DNA of 22,642 nucleotides from Armatimonadota bacterium. Lineage in GTDB: Bacteria; Sysuimicrobiota; Sysuimicrobiia; Sysuimicrobiales; Humicultoraceae. This document shows positions 17,750-22,642 of the stretch, piece by piece; positions within the stretch are counted from its first letter, which is position 1; every line of letters starts with the position of its first letter. The notes under the pieces are model-generated. The model made no database searches. It was given only the letters and a program-made list of their open reading frames with translations, and was not told where the DNA came from. The stretch spans positions 1 through 22,642 of the forward strand of contig JBQTJP010000264.1 of the NCBI GenBank assembly GCA_052386995.1. Reading direction: 5' to 3'. The position numbers and the translations under genes are program-made.

Positions 17750-19030
17750 CTAGGTCGACTCCGGCCGGAGCTCGGTGCGGCCTCCCATGTAGGGCGCGAG
17801 GACCTCGGGGAGCCGCACACTGCCGTCGGATTGCTGGCCGTTCTCGAGGATGGCGATCATCAGGCGCCCGGGCGCGGTCAGTGTGCCGTTGAGGGTGTGG
17901 ACGAACTCCGAGGCGCCGCGCGGTCCGTCACGGAACTTGATCCCCAGCCTACGCGCCTGAAAATCGCCGGCATTGCTGCAGGAATGCGTCTCGCCATAGC
18001 CGCCGCGGCCCGGCATGAAGGTCTCCAGGTCATACGTCTTGGCCATCGCCTGTCCCAGGTCGCCGCCGCACAAGAGCACCACGCGATACGGCAGCCCCAG
18101 CGCCTGCACGTACCGTTCCTCGAGCCTCACCAGGGATTCGTGCTCATCTGACGACCGGTCGGGATGCGCGTATGCGAACAGCTCGACCTTGGAGAACTGG
18201 TGCACGCGATAGAGCCCCCGAATGTCGCGACCGTACGATCCGGCCTCGCGGCGGAAGCACCACGACGTTCCAGCGTAGCGCACCGGCAGCATGTGCGCCT
18301 CCAGCGTCTCCTCCATGTGGTACGCTGCCACGCTCTGCTCGCTGGTGGCAATCAGCGCTAGGTCTTCGTCCTCGATCTTGTACGTCTGCTGAGGATCGAA
18401 CCCAACGCCACCCCACGCTCCTGTGATCACGCCGGTGCGGACCAGCATCGGCGTCTGCAAAAGGGTGAAGGGTTCCTTGGCCAGCAGGTCGAGCCCCAAA
18501 CGCACCAGCGCCATCTCCAGCAACACCCCATCGCCGCGCAGATAGTAGAAACGCGACCCGGACACTTTCGCGCCCCGCTCGAAGTCGAGGATGCCCAGGC
18601 GCGTGCCCAGCTCGACGTGGTCGATGGGCGCGAAGTCGAAGACGCGCGGCTCGCCCCAGGAGCGGACGACAACGTTATCCTTGGCATCCGCGCCGTCGGG
18701 GACGGCGTCATCGGGCTGGTTGGGCAGGGCGCGCAGCAGAAGGTCGAGCTGGGATTCGACCTGCGCTAATTCGGGCTCGATGGCCTTGATGCGGGCCGAG
18801 ATGTCCCGCGTCTCGGCGATGCGAGCCTCCTTCGCCTGGCCCGTGAGTCTCGCGATTTCGGCCGATGCCTGATTCTGCTGGGCGCGTCGCTTTTCGATCT
18901 CGGCCAGCAACTGCCGGCGCCGGAGGTCAACGGCGAGCAGCTCGTCGATCGCTTGCGGATCCCGACCGCGCTTGCGCAGACCGGCCTTATACCGGTCGGG
19001 GTGCTCGCGAATCTTCCTGAGGTCCAGCAT
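17750..19030 (-). CDS. serS: seryl-tRNA synthetase
   Basis: MLDLRKIRE N-terminal coiled arm, G.KVSGSRFYYL, TSEQ, FRREAGSYGRD.RGLYRVHQFSKVE, HTLNGT...GR..IAILEN. Confidence 0.97.
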   Translation of the reverse strand: MLDLRKIREHPDRYKAGLRKRGRDPQAIDELLAVDLRRRQLLAEIEKRRAQQNQASAEIARLTGQAKEARIAETRDISARIKAIEPELAQVESQLDLLLRALPNQPDDAVPDGADAKDNVVVRSWGEPRVFDFAPIDHVELGTRLGILDFERGAKVSGSRFYYLRGDGVLLEMALVRLGLDLLAKEPFTLLQTPMLVRTGVITGAWGGVGFDPQQTYKIEDEDLALIATSEQSVAAYHMEETLEAHMLPVRYAGTSWCFRREAGSYGRDIRGLYRVHQFSKVELFAYAHPDRSSDEHESLVRLEERYVQALGLPYRVVLLCGGDLGQAMAKTYDLETFMPGRGGYGETHSCSNAGDFQARRLGIKFRDGPRGASEFVHTLNGTLTAPGRLMIAILENGQQSDGSVRLPEVLAPYMGGRTELRPEST

Positions 19031-19048
19031 GCCGCTCTCCGCGCTCGC

Positions 19049-20638
19049 CTATGCCAGCCGGACCGTTCTTACGCCGGCCACGCCGTCGGTGCGCTCGAGC
19101 TCGCGCACCGCTGCCTCGGGGATGCCGCCGTCGAGCGTCAACACCATCAATGCCGTGCCGCCCTCGGTGATCCGGCCTACGTGCATGTTCGCGATGTTGA
19201 CGCGGTGCGCCCCCAGCAGCGTGCCCACTTTGCCGATCATCCCGGGCCGGTCGGTGTTCCACAGAAACAACATCTGCTCGGCGGGAATCAGGTCGAGACG
19301 GTATTCGCCGATCTGCGTGATTCGCGGCTCACGCCGCCCGAAGAGTGTGCCGGCCAGGCGGAGCGGTCCGCGGCTGGTCTCGACGGTGACGCCCAGCACG
19401 CTCTGGAAATCCTCGCTCGTTCCGCGCCGGACCTCACCCACAGCGATCCCGCGGTCGCGTGCGAGCGACGGCGCGTTGATCATGTTCACCGGCTGATCGG
19501 CGATCCCGGTGAAAAATCCAATCAGGAATGATGCCGACAGTGGCGCCGGCTCTTCCGCGGCCACTTCGCCCGCGTAGGTCAACTCCACCGCCTCGACCTG
19601 CCCGTCGGCGAGCTGCTGCGCCAGGCTCCCCAGATACCGGGCGAGCGTGAGGAACGGCTCGAGCCTCTGCCAGGCCTCATCGACGAGCGCGGGGGCGTTG
19701 ACGGCACCGCGGACCGGATGGCCTTTGAGCGCGGCCAGGACCTGCTCGGCCACATCGACGGCGACCGAGCGCTGCGCTTCATGCGTGGACGCCGCAAGGT
19801 GCGGGGTGACGACCACGTTGGGATGCTGCACGAGCGCCGGCGCCACCGGCGGCTCATGCTCGAAGACGTCCAGCGCCGCCCCACCGAGGGACCCATCGTT
19901 GAGCGCATCGAGGAGCGCGGTCTCGTCGACGAGCCCGCCCCTGGCGCAGTTCACCAGGAGCGCTCCCGCCTTCATCGTGCGCATCTGCGCGGCGCCGAGC
20001 AGATGCCGGGTGCGCGCGGTCAGGGGGATATGGAGCGTCACGATGTCGCCGGCCGACAGGACCTGATCGAGCTCCATGAGATCGATTCCTAAACGAGCGG
20101 CCCGGTCCTGGCTGATATACGGATCGTGCGCCCGCACGTGCATGCCGAAAGCCTGCGCGCGCCTGGCGACCTCCGCGCCGATCTTGCCCAACCCCACGAC
20201 GCCAAGCGTCTTGCCGTGGAGCTCGGAGCCGACAAACGCGTCCCGCGTCCACTCGCCGCGCGCGACCGAGGCGTGCGCCCCCGGGATGCGACGCGCCAGC
20301 GCGAGCAGCATCGCCATCGTGTGCTCGGCCGCGCTGGTGGTGCTGCTCTCGGGAGTGTTGAGGACGAGAATGCCCCGACGCGTGGCCGCCTCCACATCGA
20401 TGTTGTCCGTGCCGACGCCGGCACGCGCGGCTACCCGCAGCATCGGTGCCGACGCCAGGACGCGCGCGGTGAGATGGCTCCGGCTCCGGACGATCACCGC
20501 ATCCGCCTCGACGAGCGCGGCCAGCAGCGGTGACTCATCGAGGCCTGAGTAGACGGCCACGTCCGCCTCGGTCTCGAGCCGGCGCAGTCCCTCCGGATCG
20601 AGACCGTCGGCAACCACGACGCGTGGCGTACGTCTCAT
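19049..20638 (-). CDS. serA: D-3-phosphoglycerate dehydrogenase (type I, with ASB and ACT domains)
   Basis: RAGVGTDNID, GLGKIG, NCARGG, PHLAAST, C-terminal ACT (DRPGMIGKVG..LG...VNIANM.VGR). Confidence 0.95.
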   Translation of the reverse strand: MRRTPRVVVADGLDPEGLRRLETEADVAVYSGLDESPLLAALVEADAVIVRSRSHLTARVLASAPMLRVAARAGVGTDNIDVEAATRRGILVLNTPESSTTSAAEHTMAMLLALARRIPGAHASVARGEWTRDAFVGSELHGKTLGVVGLGKIGAEVARRAQAFGMHVRAHDPYISQDRAARLGIDLMELDQVLSAGDIVTLHIPLTARTRHLLGAAQMRTMKAGALLVNCARGGLVDETALLDALNDGSLGGAALDVFEHEPPVAPALVQHPNVVVTPHLAASTHEAQRSVAVDVAEQVLAALKGHPVRGAVNAPALVDEAWQRLEPFLTLARYLGSLAQQLADGQVEAVELTYAGEVAAEEPAPLSASFLIGFFTGIADQPVNMINAPSLARDRGIAVGEVRRGTSEDFQSVLGVTVETSRGPLRLAGTLFGRREPRITQIGEYRLDLIPAEQMLFLWNTDRPGMIGKVGTLLGAHRVNIANMHVGRITEGGTALMVLTLDGGIPEAAVRELERTDGVAGVRTVRLA

Positions 20639-20660
20639 GCCAGGCCCGTCGATCGCAGCG

Positions 20661-21815
20661 CTATGCCGGCGCCGCGGCCAACGCCTCTCGCGCCGCCGCT
20701 TCCGCACCGCGGCCCGGAGGACCGCCGACCTGCGGCAGCACGATCTCCAGCGCGCGCAGCCCGGCCAGCACGGACTCGTCGGGCACCCAGCCAAGATGGC
20801 CGAACCGGAAGATCTTCCCGGCCAGCGGGCCCTGGCCGCCGCTGAACACCACGCCGTGCTCGGTGCGGAGTTTCGCCAGCAGCGCCTTGGCCTCGACGCC
20901 TTCGGGGAGCCAGACCGCGGTCACGGCTTCGCTGGCATCCGCTTCGTCGGGCACCACCCGTAGGCCCAACGCGCGGACGCCGGCGCGCACCGCAAGCGCC
21001 GTGCGCCGGTGGCGAGCGAAGCGCGCCTGCAGCCCCTCAGCTTCGACAAGCCTTACCCCGGTGTTGAGGGCGAACAGCAGGCCGATGGCGGGCGTGAACG
21101 GCGTGTAGGCTTCCTTGTCGCCGAGCTCTTTCCGCAGTCGATCAAACGACCAGTAGAACTTTGGCAGGCGCGCGCTGTTCGCCGCCTCCCACGCGCGGCC
21201 CGACACGCTGAGCAGCGTGATCCCCGGCGGCGCCATCAGGGCTTTTTGCGACCCGGTGATCACGACGTCGATACCCCATTCATCCGTCCGCAGGTCGATG
21301 GCGCCGACCGAGCTCACCGCGTCCGCGACGATCAGCGCCCCCGGAGACGCGGCGCGGGCCGCGTCGGCGATCGCCGCCAGATCATTGCGGACGCCCGTGG
21401 ATGTCTCGTTGTGTGTTACCAACAGCGCACGCGCCTGCGGGGCCCGGCGCAGCGCTTCGCCGATGGCCGCCGGATCCGCCGCCTTCCCCCACGGTACGTC
21501 CACCTTGATCACCGTCAGGCCATACGCCTCTGCGATCCCCGCGAAGCGGTCTCCGAACGCTCCTGTGCAGACGCAGACGACGGTATCGCCGGGAGAGCCC
21601 AGGTTGGCAATCGCCGCTTCCAGGCCTCCGGTGCCCGACGCCACGAAGGGCAACACCGTGTTTTGGGTCTGAAACACGCGTCCCACGGCTTTGAGGGTGT
21701 CGGCGAGCAAGCGACCGAATTCGGGGTCGCGATGATTGACCATCTGCCGCATTGAAGCCTTGAGGACCTCATCGGGCAGCGGGGTCGGGCCCGGAATGAG
21801 CAAGTGCTGGTACAC
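20661..21815 (-). CDS. class V PLP aminotransferase (alanine-glyoxylate/serine-pyruvate family)
   Basis: LLIPGPTP, HR, SGTGGLEA, HNETSTGV, DAVSS, TGSQKALMAPPG, TPFTP, FRFGHLG. AGGAGGT RBS 5 nt before the GTG at 21815. Confidence 0.93.
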   Translation of the reverse strand: MYQHLLIPGPTPLPDEVLKASMRQMVNHRDPEFGRLLADTLKAVGRVFQTQNTVLPFVASGTGGLEAAIANLGSPGDTVVCVCTGAFGDRFAGIAEAYGLTVIKVDVPWGKAADPAAIGEALRRAPQARALLVTHNETSTGVRNDLAAIADAARAASPGALIVADAVSSVGAIDLRTDEWGIDVVITGSQKALMAPPGITLLSVSGRAWEAANSARLPKFYWSFDRLRKELGDKEAYTPFTPAIGLLFALNTGVRLVEAEGLQARFARHRRTALAVRAGVRALGLRVVPDEADASEAVTAVWLPEGVEAKALLAKLRTEHGVVFSGGQGPLAGKIFRFGHLGWVPDESVLAGLRALEIVLPQVGGPPGRGAEAAAREALAAAPA

Positions 21816-21833
21816 GATCCACCTCCTGATCTC

Positions 21834-21864
21834 AAACAAAACACCCGCCTCAACTGAGACGGGG
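21834..21864 (-). terminator. T-box intrinsic terminator
   Basis: Minus strand CCCCGTCTCAGTTGAGGCGGG followed by TGTTTTGTTT. Confidence 0.85.
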
Positions 21865-22082
21865 TCAGAATCCCGCGGTGCCACTCCGATTTCCGAGCGC
21901 AGAAGCACCCGGACACTCATCGCGCTGTATCGGGCGCCCCCGGGGACTTCGCCCGGCGCTGTCCGCCGGACTCGCCCACCACTCGGGAGGGGATTCGGTC
22001 GCGGTCCCGGCCGGCTCGCACCACTCGCCGGCTCTCTCTCGATCAGGCGGGTCCGTGCCTACTACTCTCCGTCATTGTCGCC
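21834..22082 (-). promoter_or_regulatory. T-box riboswitch, Ser (UCC) specifier
   Basis: Stem I: CAAUGACGGAGAGUAGUAG ... AGAGAG ... GGUGCGAG ... GAA-UCC (21991-21993) ... CCGAGU. T-box AAUCGGAGUGGCACCGCG (21874-21891). Antiterminator partner CGUCUC overlaps the terminator 5' arm. Confidence 0.93.
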
Positions 22083-22099
22083 GTGCGCGTATTGGTCCG

Positions 22100-22128
22100 A
22101 TGGTAGCATCGAGGGCTTCACCACACAA
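22100..22128 (-). promoter_or_regulatory. sigma70-type promoter of the T-box leader
   Basis: TTGTGT, 17-nt spacer ending TGc, then TACCAT, about 20 nt upstream of stem I. Confidence 0.7.
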
Positions 22129-22257
22129 GCCCTGGCTATTCTGGGTAGTGGGTCAGTTTGAAGCGTCTGCGACTTGCTGGCGACACTCTTCCAGGACTTG
22201 ATGAGGGATAAGGCGGCGTGCCCATAGGACGAGGCCAGGGATGATAACCGCGTCATC

Positions 22258-22642
22258 TAATGAATCTCGTATAATACAGTGACAACTCGCTCAAAAAGAA
22301 AGGCCAGTGTGTCGAAGGAACGCCCAGGCGAGCGTGTGGGAGCGGCGCACGCGACGGAGCCCGCGCCGCAGTGCCGAGGCGGCGTCGGCGAGGTCCTCAG
22401 AACAGCGGTTCGCCAACTCGCGGCCCTTGATGTTTCCCCACAACGGTTCGGCGGGATTCAACTCCGGGGCGTAGCCCGGCAGCCATTCGACCCGCAGCCA
22501 GTGTCGCTGCGCGTCCAGGTAGTCGCGGACCAGGGCACTTTTGTGCGCTGGCAACTGGTCCCAGATCAGGATGACGCGCTGGCCACGAACGTGGCGGGCC
22601 AGGGTCTTCAAGAACGCCAGCACACGGTGGCGGTTGCAACTC
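22258..22642 (-). mobile_element. downstream end of an IS630-family element
   Basis: The transposase is followed by AT-rich GTCACTGTATTATACGAGATTCATTA ending in TA (22258-22259), the IS630 target dinucleotide. The boundary is inferred. Confidence 0.7.
22291..22642 (-). CDS. IS630-family DDE transposase, C-terminal part
   Basis: ILIWDQLPAHKS and WLPGYAPELNPAEPLWGNIK motifs. Confidence 0.92.
   Translation of the reverse strand, partial: SCNRHRVLAFLKTLARHVRGQRVILIWDQLPAHKSALVRDYLDAQRHWLRVEWLPGYAPELNPAEPLWGNIKGRELANRCSEDLADAASALRRGLRRVRRSHTLAWAFLRHTGLSF

Noticed and set aside
21816..21920. N-terminal extension of the aminotransferase in the ORF track
   Set aside because: It overlaps the T-box antiterminator/terminator. 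The RBS supports GTG at 21815.
22062..22256. 64-aa minus-strand ORF between the IS and the T-box
   Set aside because: No RBS or motif, and it overlaps the promoter and stem I.

Overview
High-GC bacterial chromosomal segment. A Terrabacteria-type host is inferred from the T-box riboswitch, extended -10 promoters, dnaX-ybaB-recR and a YkuK-family gene. Left to right: a 5'-truncated VPS10/BNR beta-propeller gene and a small membrane protein; a decayed accessory patch downstream of tRNA-Lys(UUU) (phosphoesterase fragment, GYD-gene relic, VOC, DinB); a GYD gene; an AI-2E transporter; an ATP-grasp gene preceded by a possible Cys-containing leader ORF and followed by a methionine-synthase-II relic; DUF305 and HExxH secreted proteins; fabI; a CPBP-NEW3-ABC operon; dnaX-ybaB-recR; a YkuK-family gene; a serine operon (class V aminotransferase-serA-serS) under a complete Ser-specific T-box riboswitch; and the end of an IS630-family element. 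No CRISPR array, phage or clearly novel large system is supportable. The best leads are regulatory elements and gene relics that the ORF track does not show.
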